Origin: Octopus sinensis
Lineage: Eukaryota
Direction: 5' to 3'
Assembly: GCF_006345805.1 (NCBI RefSeq)
Contig: NC_043001.1
Span: forward strand, 16,988,001 to 17,052,000
DNA length: 64,000 nucleotides
Under the pieces are notes generated by a model. The model saw only the letters and a list, made by a program, of their open reading frames with translations. It was not told the origin of the DNA and ran no database searches. A program made the position numbers and the translations under genes. Below, piece after piece: positions 25,598-38,382 of this stretch (positions are counted from its first letter, which is position 1; each line of letters opens with the position of its first letter).

Positions 25598-26036
25598 AAT
25601 AAAGAGATATCATTGGCCAACCATTCTGGGGTCGTCTGTGGCTCCTTCATAATTGCGTTGCAACAAGAAGTTAGTTTCTTGCGTGAGTTTGTAAACGCAA
25701 TGAGCCAGTAGTTCGGGATCTTATCCATACCAGTTGACTTCAATTTACTGAACTTTTATAATGTCAGTCTGGTATCTTCTAACCTTATTTCATCCTATAT
25801 TTGCTCCTCTAAAGGCTCAGTGTCCCTTTTTTTGTCTATTAATCCATGGGGCATCACAGTTGTGATAGTTCTCATTTGTCCAAATTATCCTCTGAACCTA
25901 GTATTTCGTGCTCCTATTTTGACGGTGTTCTTTTCAATATCACAATAGAGCCTCTTTGGATTATTTTAAATCTTGCTCCGTTGTGTCTGGGGAGAGTCAT
26001 TCTCTAAAAGAGAATGACTCTCCCCAGTGCTTTATT

Positions 26037-26455
26037 GGATCTTTTCGGTTTGAACGGCAGTTTTTTCTCGCGGTTTCATATGAAATTGTCACCCATAATT
26101 ATGACCCTAGTATCGATCAATTGCATTTCAATCTGTTTTAGGGTTAGGGTTAGGGTTGGGGGAAGGTTATCTTTTTTTCTTCACAAATGTAAATGAACCC
26201 AATCTGTTTCTTAAACGAGGGACATATTCATACGACACAGAATGTTTTTTTTTCCTCAATAGACGTCAGTGATTGGTTGAAATTGCAGAAATTGAAGAAA
26301 AAAAAACAACAAATATTTTACAAACTATAGAATTTTCTCAATAAAACCCAGAGAAAAAGATGTTTTATAAACACATTCTACCAGTATACGAAGTTTAAAA
26401 TTTTTTAGTTACCTAGAAATTATGTTAAAAACTGCCGTTCAAACCGAAAAGATCC
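26037..26455 (+). mobile_element. GG-ended MITE with perfect 8-bp TSD
   Basis: TIRs GGATCTTTTCGGTTTGAACGGCAG / CTGCCGTTCAAACCGAAAAGATCC; TSD GCTTTATT at 26029-26036 and 26456-26463; internal (TTAGGG)3. Confidence 0.9.
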
Positions 26456-26464
26456 GCTTTATTA

Positions 26465-26638
26465 TTTAACACACTCACCGGTAAAATTTCCGCTCATTTC
26501 CTTTTTATTTTTATAAAACTTTCGTTGCGTCTTGCAACCTTTTCAATAGTTGTTGAAAAGGTTGCAAAGACGCAACGAAAATTTTAGGAAAAAACAAATA
26601 AGTAAGTGAGCGGAAATTGAACCGGTGAATGTGTTAAA
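26465..26638. repeat. Fold-back palindrome with a hammerhead-like motif in each arm
   Basis: ~80-bp arms, 6-nt apex; UUGAAAA-G-GUUGC/GCAAC-GAAA at 26553-26580 (+) and its mirror. Confidence 0.75.
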
Positions 26639-27008
26639 TTATAAGAAACTAAAAGAGAATGACTCTCCCCAGACACAACAAAATATGCTTCAACACACGA
26701 ACTCACATAAAAAATCTTGCAAGCCAAATCCAAAAACGAAATTTAAATCATGCTATCTTTTAAGAACAAGGATCGTTTTTCAAGGCGGTGAAACGCGCGG
26801 CTTTGACCTGCACTTATTGTTTCATCTTCTCCACTACATCAACAAACTGGTGTTCTGACTTCAATTCGTATTTTCGCATTGTCTTTCTCCCCTTAGATGG
26901 TTTTACATTATGATCGTTGCTTTAAGTTTTTCAATGATTCTATATCACATTCGAGAACATTGATCTGGTTTCTTGATTATTTTTGCTACGTTGGTCCTTT
27001 ATAACGAA

Positions 27009-27397
27009 CTAGCAGTATCGCCCGGCGTTGCTCGGGTTTGTAAGGGAAATAACTATATAAGCATTTTTAGAGAGTTATAGCCAAAAAATAGCAAAAAAAT
27101 GCATTAAAAATGGAAAAAAATTATTGTAAATTTTTTTAAAAATCGTAGACTCATCGTAGACATTTTTAGAGACATCTTTATATAATAGCGAAAAAAATGC
27201 ATTAAAATGGAAAAAATGATGGTAATTTTTTTTTAATCGTAAACTCATCATAGACGCGCGCTAATACCCAGAAGGGATCGATATGATCACGACTATAAGA
27301 TACCCGGTTTTGGTTAAACTGCACCGCAAAATGTGGGAGTAGTTAGGAATCTAAATCGTAGGAGACAGACACACAACTTGACTTTTATATATAAAGG
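27009..27397 (-). mobile_element. Short non-autonomous Helitron
   Basis: 3' end CCCG-agcaacgc-CGGG hairpin then CTAG|T; 5' end A|CC instead of A|TC; related to 42117-42515. Confidence 0.75.
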
Positions 27398-27511
27398 TTG
27401 CCACTTTTTCCTTTTTAAACGCCACTCATTTTGATGCAGATTGTTGCAGTAACATAGAGTAAGGATGTGATGTTTATATAGTTTTCGTTTATGATGGATT
27501 TAAGGACCGTA

Positions 27512-27575
<64 letters not shown>

Positions 27576-27803
27576 GTTTGAATTTTGCTTTACATTTGTA
27601 CAAGCTGGCTCCAAGTCTCACCCAGTGACCTCAAGAGACCACAAGTTGGAAGTTCATGTTGGTGTTATACCTAGGGTGCCAAATATTTGGTTTTGTACTT
27701 AGTGTTGTACTAGTGAATGTCTAAAAAAACCATACGAAAATTATGTTTGTTTTAAAACTTGAGATTACATAGAAAGTATTATTAAAACTTGAGATTACAT
27801 AGA

Positions 27804-27836
<33 letters not shown>

Positions 27837-28146
27837 CATTATTATTATTATTATTTCCTTCTTTCTTCAAATTTTCTTCCGCTTCTCGGCGAGTGTTTTC
27901 CGTACACTTAGGGCAGAGAGGCTCATTGTATGCATTCCCAGATTACACACGCAAATTCACAGGTAAAATATGTATTTAAAAAATTAATAGATAAATAAAT
28001 TCATGAGTGGATGTTGTTTTCACAGCGATAATGCTCTTCTCAGTACAAGAGCCGTTCTGATACTGTTCCCAAGGATCCAACAATAATTGGCACTATCTTC
28101 ACCTTCATTTTTTAATAGCCGAGCTATTTTGTACTTAAAAGGGTTG

Positions 28147-28239
<93 letters not shown>

Positions 28240-28241
<2 letters not shown>

Positions 28242-28945
28242 TCGCATCCTTCTTGACTATTCGTGGGTCAAAGGGGCATGCAACTTCAACTATATAACAT
28301 ATGTGGTGCACCTTGTCCACCACTACTAGGCCCGGTCTGTTATGCTCTAGCATCTGATCTGTTTGGACTGGGAAATACCAGGGAATTTTGCTAGTCTCTA
28401 ACTCTGCCACTCTCTGCGGTTTCTGCTCATACCACGTCTTACCTCTCTCTAGCCCCCACTTTCCGCACAGTTTCCAATGTAGCACTTTCGTTACCTGGTC
28501 GTGTCGCCACAAATTGTAGTGGTTTTGGGCGAGTCAAGGGTATTCGATAATGGTTTCATCCACTCCATTGCAGATGCGGCACAGCGGAGAGGCTTGCTCA
28601 TTCCTCAGGTCGATTCTCCCGATCGTGGCCAAAGCTTGGTCCTGTGCTGCCAATATAGAGATCTCGGTCTCATTTTTTAGTATTCCTTTCATCAGCCAAT
28701 CCCTCCTATTTTTTTGCCAGCAACTTCTGTTGTGGCTATATGGAATTGATTGTGTAGTCCCTTCTTGTGTGACTCTTCTTTATTGCCTTTTTGTACTTCT
28801 TCCTTTGTTGTCCCTTTTTTCTCTGCTCTCAGTACTCCCTCGTTCCTAACTGTCACTAGTAAGGTTTCCTTACTTCGGGCTAGGTATCTCATTAAGCTCT
28901 CGTTTCCGATACGCACGCAGTCCCACAACCACCACCACCTGCACC

Positions 28946-28989
<44 letters not shown>

Positions 28990-29280
28990 GACGGCGACGA
29001 CCACCACCACCACCATCGCCACCAGTACCAGCACCAGCACCACCACCAGCACCAGCACCAGCACCACCACCACCACACCCCTTCCATACTTATCAGTCCC
29101 CTTTCTCCATTTGCTCTCTTCATGTGTAGGCGATCAGTGTCCGTAGTGGATGATGGACTCCATGCATCGTTAGGGGCTTTCTCGACTTCCTGTCAATCTC
29201 CTTTAGCTCCTCCTCTGTCCACTTCAGGATTCCAGCGCCATACCGAACTACTGCGACTGCAAAGGACCACGGTTCGGGCC
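28240..29280 (-). mobile_element. R4/Dong-like LINE C-terminal fragment with a trinucleotide insert
   Basis: VVRYGAGILKWTEEELKEIDRKSRK..MHGVHHP; MKRANGERGLIS; RHDQVTKVLHWKLC; RPGLVVVDK...IVEVACPFD. Confidence 0.8.
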
Positions 29281-29299
29281 GCACGGACCGGACCGCTCA

Positions 29300-29985
29300 A
29301 CAGCAACAGCAACAGCAGCAGCACTACCACCACCACCACCACTACCACTACAGCAACCACCACCATCACCACCACCACAATCACCACAGCAACCACCACT
29401 TACACCACCACCACCAGCACCACCACCTGCACCACCATGACCACCACCACCACCACTACCACCACCACCACAATCACCACAGCAACAACCACCACCACCA
29501 CCACCACAATCACCAGCACCAGCACCACCACCTGCACCACTATGACCTTCACCACCACCACCACCAGCACCAGCACCTGCACCACCATGACCTTCACCAC
29601 CACCACCACCATGACCACCACCACCACCACCACCACCAATACCACCACCACCACCACCACCACCACCACCACAATCACCACAGCAACCACCACCACCACC
29701 ATCACCACCATGAGCACCACCATGACCACCACCACCACCACCACCACCACCACCACCACCACTACCACCACCACCACCATGACCACCACCACCACCACCA
29801 CCACCACCACCACCACCTACACCACCACCACCACCACCACCACCACCATCACCACCACCACCACCACCACCACCACCACCACCACCATCACCACCACCAG
29901 CACCAGCACCACCACCTGCACCACCATGACCACCACCACCACCACTACCACCACCACCACCACCATGACCACCTCCACCTGTTTT
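29300..29985. repeat. (ACC)n degenerate trinucleotide tract
   Basis: Directly visible; source of the poly-Thr/poly-Val ORFs. Confidence 0.95.
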
Positions 29986-30394
29986 ACTTGTTCATTCTCT
30001 CTTTCTAGTATATATACGTTACACCTGTTTTACTTTGTGGTGTTGTGAGTGTGACCTGTTTTGCCGTGTTTCTGGTTTCTCTTTAATGTTTCACTGGCGT
30101 CGGACACCTGCAGCGCGATTCGTATTATTTCGTTGGAAGGTCATCGACCTTTGTATTGTTTGTGAGGTTTGTGGCAAGTGTTACGATCTCCGGCGATGTT
30201 TTTCATTGCAGGATCTAATCTAACGTTGACAGTTTAAGTCTATGTGTCACCGTAGTAAGCTTTAGCACATTGCCAATCATGGGAAACTTTCTGGACGGCA
30301 CGCCTCACGAAAAATTACCTTCAATCCTTTAAGCAATGCCGCCCGCCTGATCATGATCCATGTCTCATGGGGTCCGAAAAAGTTTTCGAAATTG

Positions 30395-30805
30395 GGATCT
30401 TTTCGGTTTGACCGACAGTTTTTTAAAATAATTTCCACGTAACTAAACACTTTTAAACTTCGTATACTGGTAGAATGTGTTTATAAAACATCTTTTTCTC
30501 TTGGCTTTATTGAGAAAATTCTATGGTTTGTAAGATATTTGTTGTTGTTTTTTTCTTCAATTTCTGCAATTTCAACCAATCAATGACGTCTATTGAGGTG
30601 AAAACATTCTGTGCCGTATGAATATGTCTCGTTTAAGAAACAGATTGGTTTATTTACATTTCTGAAGAAAAAAAATATACCCTTCCCCCCACCCCTAACC
30701 CTAACCCTAAAACCGATTGAAATGCAATAGATCGATGCTAGGGTCATAATTATGAGTGACAATTTCATATGACACCGCTAGAAAAAACTGCCGTTCAAAC
30801 CGAAA
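30395..30805 (-). mobile_element. GG-ended MITE, one end clipped
   Basis: Family match, opposite orientation to 26037. Confidence 0.8.
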
Positions 30806-30809
30806 TTAA

Positions 30810-31390
30810 TATAATAATGAAATTATAGTATACAGTGCTCGGGTGCACCACAACTTGTCAAAAGTGCGTATAAAGCATATGCAATAATGTACAAATGTCT
30901 GGGAAGTGAACAGTGTGTGAGTCAGATACATGCTTTCGTGTGTATGGAGGGGAGAAAATCAGGTGTAGTGTTGGCGAATCTCAGGAAGCATGGAAGTTTT
31001 GAAGGATGCAGTGCTCCGACCACTAACAACTGATACCGGCAGTTTGTTCCATGCTTCAGCAACTCTTAGCGTGAAAAAATATTTCCGAAAGTCAAGGGAG
31101 CTGTGCTGTTTTCTGACTTTGTAAACATGTCCACGGGTGTTAGACAAGTGGAGTTTGAAAATGTGTTCAGAGTTATTGTTTGTAAGATGGTTAATAATTT
31201 TATGGGTGTCTGTCAAGTCAGCTGCCAGACGTCGGAGTTTCAATGTATCAATGTATGTATGTTTAAGACTGAAAATTATGTTGTACATCGTGAAGAAAGA
31301 ATGTTGTCGACTGTTAGAAGTGTCCAAAATTTACTGGAACAGTAGAAGAATTCGGAAACAGAAAGAACAGATGGAAAGAAAAATACTCAT
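30810..31390 (-). mobile_element. CR1/L2-type LINE 3' fragment
   Basis: LKLRRLAADLTDTHKII...TRGHVYKVRKQHSSLDFRKYFFTLRVAEAWNKLP; related 3' end at 24470-24660. Confidence 0.85.
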
Positions 31391-31478
31391 ATGGCCAATT
31401 CTTGAAACAAACTGAGGATGCTGAAAGTAAAGAACCCTGGTTGTGTCTGGCGGAAACCTGAAACAAAAGACTGAAGCT

Positions 31479-31908
31479 GGAGTTTTTTCGGTTTGAACGG
31501 CAGTTTTTAAAAATAATTTCTAGGTAACTAAAAAATTTTAAACTTCGTATACTGGTAGAATGTGTTTCTAAAACATCTTTTACTCTTGGCTTTATTGAGA
31601 AAATTCTATAGTTTGTAAGATATTTGTTGTTTTTTTTCTTCAATTTCTGCAATTTCAACCAATCAGTGACACCTATTGAGGTAAAAGTTATTCTGTACCG
31701 TATGAATATGTCCCTCATTTAAGAAACAGATTGGGTTTATTTACATTTGTGAAGAAAAAAAGATACCCTTCCCCCACCCCGCTAACCATAATTAACCCTA
31801 ACCCTAAAACAGATTGAAATGCAATAGATCGATACTAGGGTCATAATTATGGGTGACAATTTCATATGACACCGCTAGAAGAAACTGCCGTTCAAAGCGA
31901 AAAGATCC
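31479..31908 (-). mobile_element. GG-ended MITE flanked by a 33-bp direct repeat
   Basis: 31446-31478 and 31909-31941 match at 31/33. Confidence 0.85.
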
Positions 31909-31989
31909 TCTGGCGGAATTCTGAAACAAAAGACTGAAGCTTTTCAAGAAAGTTGTCTTAATCTAACCTTGTACACAATTTTATATTTT

Positions 31990-32300
31990 ATATGAAATCA
32001 GCAACAATTTTTAGTAACTTTTCAAACAGGATGTTTATTGTACCTTGTATATAGTTTGAAGTCATTCATACAGAGGAGATGGGTTAGAGATGGTATTGTT
32101 AAAAAGCAAATGTGTTATTGAGGTCAGTACTTCTGTCATGGTTACAGGATTAATGTTTTGTTTGCCTTGCAATAATATGGCTGTTTTCCATCTTGGCATG
32201 ACGTTATAACAACCCAGGAAATTGACAGAAAAAAATAGACGCAACCTGCCTAAAAACCTTGTTTCTATATCTAGCATTCTATCTTTAACGTCACCGGTAT
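31990..32300 (-). mobile_element. Old R4-like RT fragment
   Basis: HLLCMNDFKLYTR is similar to the (S)HLLYMDDLKLYA motif. Confidence 0.5.
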
Positions 32301-32410
32301 CGTAGCTGGAGGGAGGCACGAAGTGTATATATGTGTGTATGTGGAGGGTAGTCTGTATCAGACGATGATTTTATGGGGTGGTGCTTTTGGGTCAGCTGTA
32401 TAAGGCTGTA

Positions 32411-32629
32411 CGAGGTGGTGCTGAAAAGTTCCTGGCTTTAAGAATATCGCGAAATGCCTGGTTGGAGGCCCAAACTTCCGAGTCCTTATACAGGGTTTAG
32501 AAAATCTGAGAGACCGCTGCCATAAGTGTGTGTGAATCTGAGAGGGGAACATATTGAATAAAATCATAATTAACTGATTCTCCTGTATTTTCTTTTACCC
32601 AAAACCAGGAACTTTTCGGCGCTCCCTCG
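32411..32629 (+). mobile_element. mariner-derived MITE
   Basis: TA|CGAGGTGGTGCTGAAAAGTTCCTGG ... CCAGGAACTTTTCGGCGCTCCCTCG|TA; internal QGLENLRDRCHKCVNLRGEHIE* resembles the mariner C-terminus. Confidence 0.8.
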
Positions 32630-32769
32630 TAAAAGTTATATTGCAAGGGTGCGGGGTGGGTTGCAAATACAAGGGTTTATTTCGGATGGTACACACTTTA
32701 GCTACGTCACTGAACGCCACCATAGACGACTTCACTTTACATCAATCCAGAGTCGAAAAATAAAAATAT

Positions 32770-33470
32770 CTATTTCTTTACTACCCACAAGGGGCTAAAC
32801 ACAGAAGGGACAAACAAGGACAAACAAACGGATTAAGTCGATTATATCGACCCCAGCGTGTAACTGGAACTTATTTAATCGACCCCGAAAGGATGAAAGG
32901 CAAAGTCGACCTCGGTGGAATTTGAACTCAGAACGTAACGGCAGACGAAATACGGCTACGCATTTCGCCCGGCGTACTAACAATTCTGCCAGCTCGCCGC
33001 CCTATTTTTTTTTCTTTTCTCCTCTCCTTAACAAAGAATGAGTTATGTGTATGAGGGGAAAATACCAGAGAGAAAATTATCTGTTTCTTTACAACCCACA
33101 AGGGGCCAAACATAGAGGGGACAAACAAGGATTAAGTCGATTATATCGATTCCAGTGCGTAATTGGTACTTTATTTATCGACCCCGAAAGGATGGAAGGC
33201 AAAGTCAACCTCGGCGGAATTTGAACTCAGAGATGAAATACCAATTTCTTTATTACCCACAAGGGGCTAAACACAGAGAGGACAAACAAGGACAGACAAA
33301 CGGATTAAGTCGATTATATCGACTCCAGTGCGTAACTGGTACTTATTTTATCGACCCCGAAAGGATGAAAAGCAAAGTCGACCTCGGCGGAATTTGAACT
33401 CAGAACGTAACGGCAGACGAAATACGGCTACGCATTTCGCCCGGCGTGCTAGCGTTTCTGCCAGCTCGCC
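32770..33470 (-). mobile_element. SINE-A monomer plus partly deleted dimer
   Basis: Family match. Confidence 0.8.
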
Positions 33471-33863
33471 GTCAAATATAAAATATAAATACCATTAATG
33501 CAATGAGGTTGCACTTTAGGTTAAGATTTCTCTTCTTACAAAATATGTCGTCCTGTGTCATTGTTGGGAATGATTATTCTGGCTTCCTAGGCAAGTGGCG
33601 TTGAGAACTGCGAAGTTCTTCTTGAACCGGGCCCATAAACCGAACTATTCTGTTCTATTTCTCACTGATATCACTGGAAAATGATAAGAACCAACACATT
33701 ACTTTTTCTTAAAAAATAAGCCTGTCTTCTTGCCAACGTAATGGAAAAAATTTGCCAACGTAAGAGAAAATAGCGCAAGGTTAGCAATCTGGCGGGGAAA
33801 GTCGATTTCATCGACCCCAGTGATCAACTGGTACTTATTTTATGGATCCCAAAAGGACGAGAT

Positions 33864-34160
33864 GGAGGTGCAATGGCCCAGTGGTTAGACCAGCGGACTC
33901 GCGGTCGGACGATCGCGGTTTCGATTCACAGACCGGGCATTTTGTGTGTTTATTGAGCGAAAACACCTAAAAGCCCATCGAGGCTCCGGCAGTGGCTGGT
34001 GGCGACCCCGGTTGTACTCTTTCGCCACAACTTTCTCTTCTTGTTTCTTGTGTAACGCTGCGATGGACTGGCGTCCCGTCCAGCTGCGCGGGGGGAACAC
34101 ATACGCCACAGAAACCGGGAAACCGGGCCCATGAGCCTGGCTAGGCTTGAAAAGGGCGAA
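33864..34160 (+). mobile_element. SINE-C2 (C head, alternative tail)
   Basis: Tail gcgatggactggcgtcccgtcc...gaaaccgggcccatgagcctggctaggctt; second copy at 44445-44745. Confidence 0.8.
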
Positions 34161-34529
34161 AAAAAAAATGGACGAAAGGCAAATATCGACCTCGGTGATG
34201 TTCATCGACTTGAACTCAGAACGCCAAGCGGGACGAAATATTGCTAAGCATTTTTCCTGCGTGCTTAACGATTCTGCCAGCTCGTTGCCTTAATGTAGGA
34301 GAAAATACTACTAAAGTGAAAAGAAGTACTGTGATGGGGTCGGAAAATCCATCGCAAGTCTAATCTCGTGGGTCGCTTTCGAATCTCCGTCAGAAATCTT
34401 CATTTCACAGGCGCTACAAATGATCTTTCGAAAGGCTTAAACATCACCATTTCTCTAATAATTACTTCAAATTTTGGCACAAAGCAAGTAATTTCGACCG
34501 TAATGTTACACTGGTGCTTATTCTATCGG

Positions 34530-34888
34530 GGAGGCGCAATGGCCCAGGATCGCGGTTTCGATTCCCAGACCGGGCGTTGTGAGTGTTTATTGAGCGAAAA
34601 CACCTAAAGCTCCACGAGGCTCCGGCAGGGGATGGTGGTGATCCCTGCTGTACTCTTTCACCACAACTTTCTCTCACTCTTACTTCCTGTTTCTGTTGTA
34701 CCTGTATTTCCAAGGGCCGGCCTTGTCACTCTCTGTGTCACGCTGAATATCCCCAAGAACTACGTTAAGGGTTCACGTGTCTGTGGAGTGCTCAGCCACT
34801 TACACGTTAATTTCACGAGCAGGCTGTTCCGTTGATTCGGATCAACCGGAACCCTCATCGTCGTAACCGACGGAGTGCTTCCATCCAT
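34530..34888 (+). mobile_element. SINE-C1
   Basis: Family match, short deletion in the head. Confidence 0.85.
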
Positions 34889-35264
34889 ATTCTATCGACT
34901 TGGAATTGATGAAAGGCAAAGTCGACCCCAGCAGCATTCGAACTGAGAACATAAAGACAGATCAAATGCCACTGGGCCTTTTGTTTGGCGTTCTAACGAT
35001 TCAGCTAGCTCGGCGCATTCAATACTTCTCTAAGAATATCATGGTTCGAAGCAATGTAAGGAATTATTTGGTAACATGTTGGTAGAAAGATTAGAGGTTG
35101 AAGTGAATGCCTTACATTAGTGTTTATAATCTGAGTTCAAATTACATTGTGGGCAGTCGATGAAATACTAGGGTCGTAGTATCGATGGACTCCCCCTTCC
35201 CCTCAAAAATGCTGGTTTTGTTCTATGAAGGGCTAAAAGATTACTTGGGAATTACCTATTTCTA

Positions 35265-35492
35265 TTTCTTTATTACCCACAAGGGGCTAAACACAGAGGG
35301 GACAAACAAGGACAGACATAGGTATTAAGTCGATTACATCGACCCCAGTGCGTAACTGGTACTTAATTTATCGACCCCGAAAGGATGAAAGGCAAAGTCG
35401 ACCTCGGCGGAACTTGAACTCACAACGTAACGGCAGACGAAATACCGCTAAGCATTTCGCCCGGCGTGCTAACGTTTCTGCCAGCTCGCCGC
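35265..35492 (-). mobile_element. SINE-A monomer
   Basis: TSD ttacttgggaattacc. Confidence 0.9.
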
Positions 35493-35812
35493 CTTACTTG
35501 GGAATTACCGCTACGCTTTACAACGTTTCTACAATCTGACAAGCAATGGGACTTACTTTTCTATTAAAAAATAGAAAGAATATTCTATATTTTGTAAACA
35601 ATAGTACCGTTGGTTATAGGTTTCCAGTTGGACTGTTACTGCTTCGGTGGTTTTATGATGGCATCAGTGACAAAGGATTCTGTGCCTAATTCGGTGGACA
35701 AGTTAATTTTATCCGAAAGTTTTTCAGACTTCTTTCCGATATTTACAACTTTTTGTTTTTGTTTTTACATATTGGCAGTCAAAAGACACATACACCAAGT
35801 ATGTGCGTGGGC

Positions 35813-35851
<39 letters not shown>

Positions 35852-35869
35852 AATATATATATATATATA

Positions 35870-35978
35870 TATTTACAGATCCTTTCATTGAACGGAATTC
35901 GTAAAACGGTTTTTAAACTCCAATGCTGTTCATCTTTCTCTCTTGATCGTGCCTTGTTAATAACCGATTCAACCATTA
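35870..35978 (-). repeat. Copy of the first ~105 nt of the P450 3'UTR inside (TA)n
   Basis: Matches 37824-37932 with about 7 differences, several of them 1-nt indels. Confidence 0.8.
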
Positions 35979-36035
35979 TATATATATATATATATATATA
36001 TAATATGTTATTTATATATATATATATATGTTCAA

Positions 36036-36077
<42 letters not shown>

Positions 36078-36208
36078 TATATATATATATATTCAACCAT
36101 ATATAATATATATATATATAAATATATTATTTATATCATAGGTATACATATAGATGTTCATAAATACATATATACATATGTATATATATATAATTATTTA
36201 CTAATTTG

Positions 36209-36239
<31 letters not shown>

Positions 36240-36434
36240 TAATAAAATAAGGATAAGATCGTTAATTTAAAAATTAATAACGATTTTATCAAGAGGTCAG
36301 CATGGAAAAAAATAACCTTCAAAGGTAATAATTATTAAAATTATAGTTAGAGTATCTATGAGACACCACCATGCTGAAAATAGCAGCCATGATCTGACTT
36401 TAAAACAGATGGTTTTAAAGTCCGATCATGCCTG

Positions 36435-36469
<35 letters not shown>

Positions 36470-36481
36470 TGTATATATATA

Positions 36482-36528
<47 letters not shown>

Positions 36529-36797
36529 TGTTTGCGTCTGTGTTTATCTCCCATCAATGCTTGACAACAAGTGCTGGTGTGTTTACATCCCCGTAACTTA
36601 GCGGTTCGGCAAAAAAAAATATAATAAACCCCCAATTGAATAATTACTAGGTTTATCGAAAAAGATTAGAACCGGGGTCGATTTTCTCTACTAAAATTCT
36701 TCAAGGCAGTGTCCCAGTATGGCTGCAGTCTAATGACTGAGACAAGGATTAAAAAAAAGATACAAATATATACATATACATACATACATATATATAA

Positions 36798-36880
<83 letters not shown>

Positions 36881-36893
36881 CATATATACTACC

Positions 36894-36925
<32 letters not shown>

Positions 36926-36964
36926 GCATGTATACACGCACATGTGTATATATATATATATGTA

Positions 36965-36995
<31 letters not shown>

Positions 36996-37929
36996 CACAT
37001 GTGCGTGTATACATGCATACATACATACATTATATATATATATATATATATATGGTAGTAAATAGTCCCGTAAAGGTATCCCGCCGCTGAAGGATCAAAC
37101 GCGGAACCATATCGTGCTGTAGCAAGCCTCTTTTCCGCATAGTCACGATTGCTCTCACAGGGCCCCTCACGGACCCTTTCCCCTCGAAAAAAAAAAAAGA
37201 AAAAAAAACCCTCAAATCATTCTGGTATACATACATGGTAAGTGATGAAGTTATGCGTTAATGTTACGTACATCGCACACACACACACACACATCCACAT
37301 ACACACACACACATACACACATACACACACACACACATATCCACACACACACACATACATACACACGTACACACACACGTACACACGAAAACACACACAC
37401 ACACACACGCGCGTACATGCCTGTCAATATATACATAGCAAAATCTAAATTAGAATGATTACGTAACATAAAATTAGCAACGGAAGTAATTTCAATCAAC
37501 GAAATTACAACAATATAATGACGTGTTTATATGTTTTATCTTTCTTTCCAGTTCCTACTTAAATAATTGTTAATGTTATTATTAATAAACGTTTGTTATT
37601 ATTCATATTCATCTTAAATTATTAATGATTTCTTTGTATTTTGAGGTTAGATGTGTTACACGTTGACACCTCCACCCAGACGACACACTGGGAGCGCCAT
37701 CTTTCTTTCATTCTTTATCCTCCCTCCTTCTCAATTCTCCTTGTTTCAGTCCATATTTCGGCTTTAGAAAAAGACGTAGATATCCGGATATTTTCACGTT
37801 TTAATTTGGCTTCTTTTAGAACTTATTTACAGATCCTTTCATTGAAGGGAATTCGTAAAACGGTTTTAAACTCCAATGCTGTTCCATCTTTCTCTCTTGA
37901 TCGTTGCCTTGTTAATACTGATTCAGCCA

Positions 37930-38067
37930 TTACGAAGCGCTCGCTGTTGATGATTTCGACTGACGGTCTGTAAACTTAAAGCAGAGTTTATCCGTTGGTT
38001 TGCTCACGATGTTGTATTCTATTTGAAGATCTTCGTTTAAGAAAGTTACTTCATATTTTTGCAAAAT
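37930..38067 (-). CDS. Cytochrome P450, last coding exon
   Basis: Acceptor tttttttttgccattccag|; 138 nt, phase 0: ILQKYEVTFLNEDLQIEYNIVSKPTDKLCFKFTDRQSKSSTASAS*; typical P450 C-terminal strand (L/I)xQxY...P...L.F.F.xR; joins in frame to 41867-42067. Confidence 0.85.
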   Translation of the reverse strand: MLQKYEVTFLNEDLQIEYNIVSKPTDKLCFKFTDRQSKSSTASAS

Positions 38068-38282
38068 CTGGAATGGCAAAAAAAAAAAGGAAAAACATTA
38101 ATTCTTCCACTTTTGTAAATACACGTAAATCCAAACACACACATACACACCACACACACACACACACACACGCGCACACATAACCACATACAGACATACA
38201 GTGACGTAGATAGAATATATGCTACCCGTGACAGTTCTCGATCTTGCAGATCCAAAACCTGGATTGTTTCAAAGGGTCGCAC

Positions 38283-38382
38283 CCACTAGCGTAGCTAGAG
38301 TGTATGCCGCCCCCGGACCTCACAAAAAGCACATATTGCCTACAGCAGACCGCTCCTACTGCATCCCTAGCTACGCTAGTGG
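38283..38382. mobile_element. Small MITE-like inverted repeat
   Basis: ccactagcgtagctag ... ctagctacgctagtgg; hAT-like ends nearby (caggcatgggcaacc rc at ~38580-38597). Confidence 0.5.

Noticed and set aside
26136-26160. Interstitial telomere
   Set aside because: Only 3-4 TTAGGG units, and they are an internal part of a multi-copy MITE.
26900-27005. Possible C-type-lectin-like exon (WFLHYDRCFKF)
   Set aside because: Lies in an antisense R4-like LINE fragment (VVEKMKQ*VQVKAARF), ends in a stop, and has no good donor.
28750-30048. 432-aa mucin-like Thr/His-rich ORF
   Set aside because: Open only because (ACC)n lacks stops; overlaps antisense LINE debris; no signal peptide or splice context.
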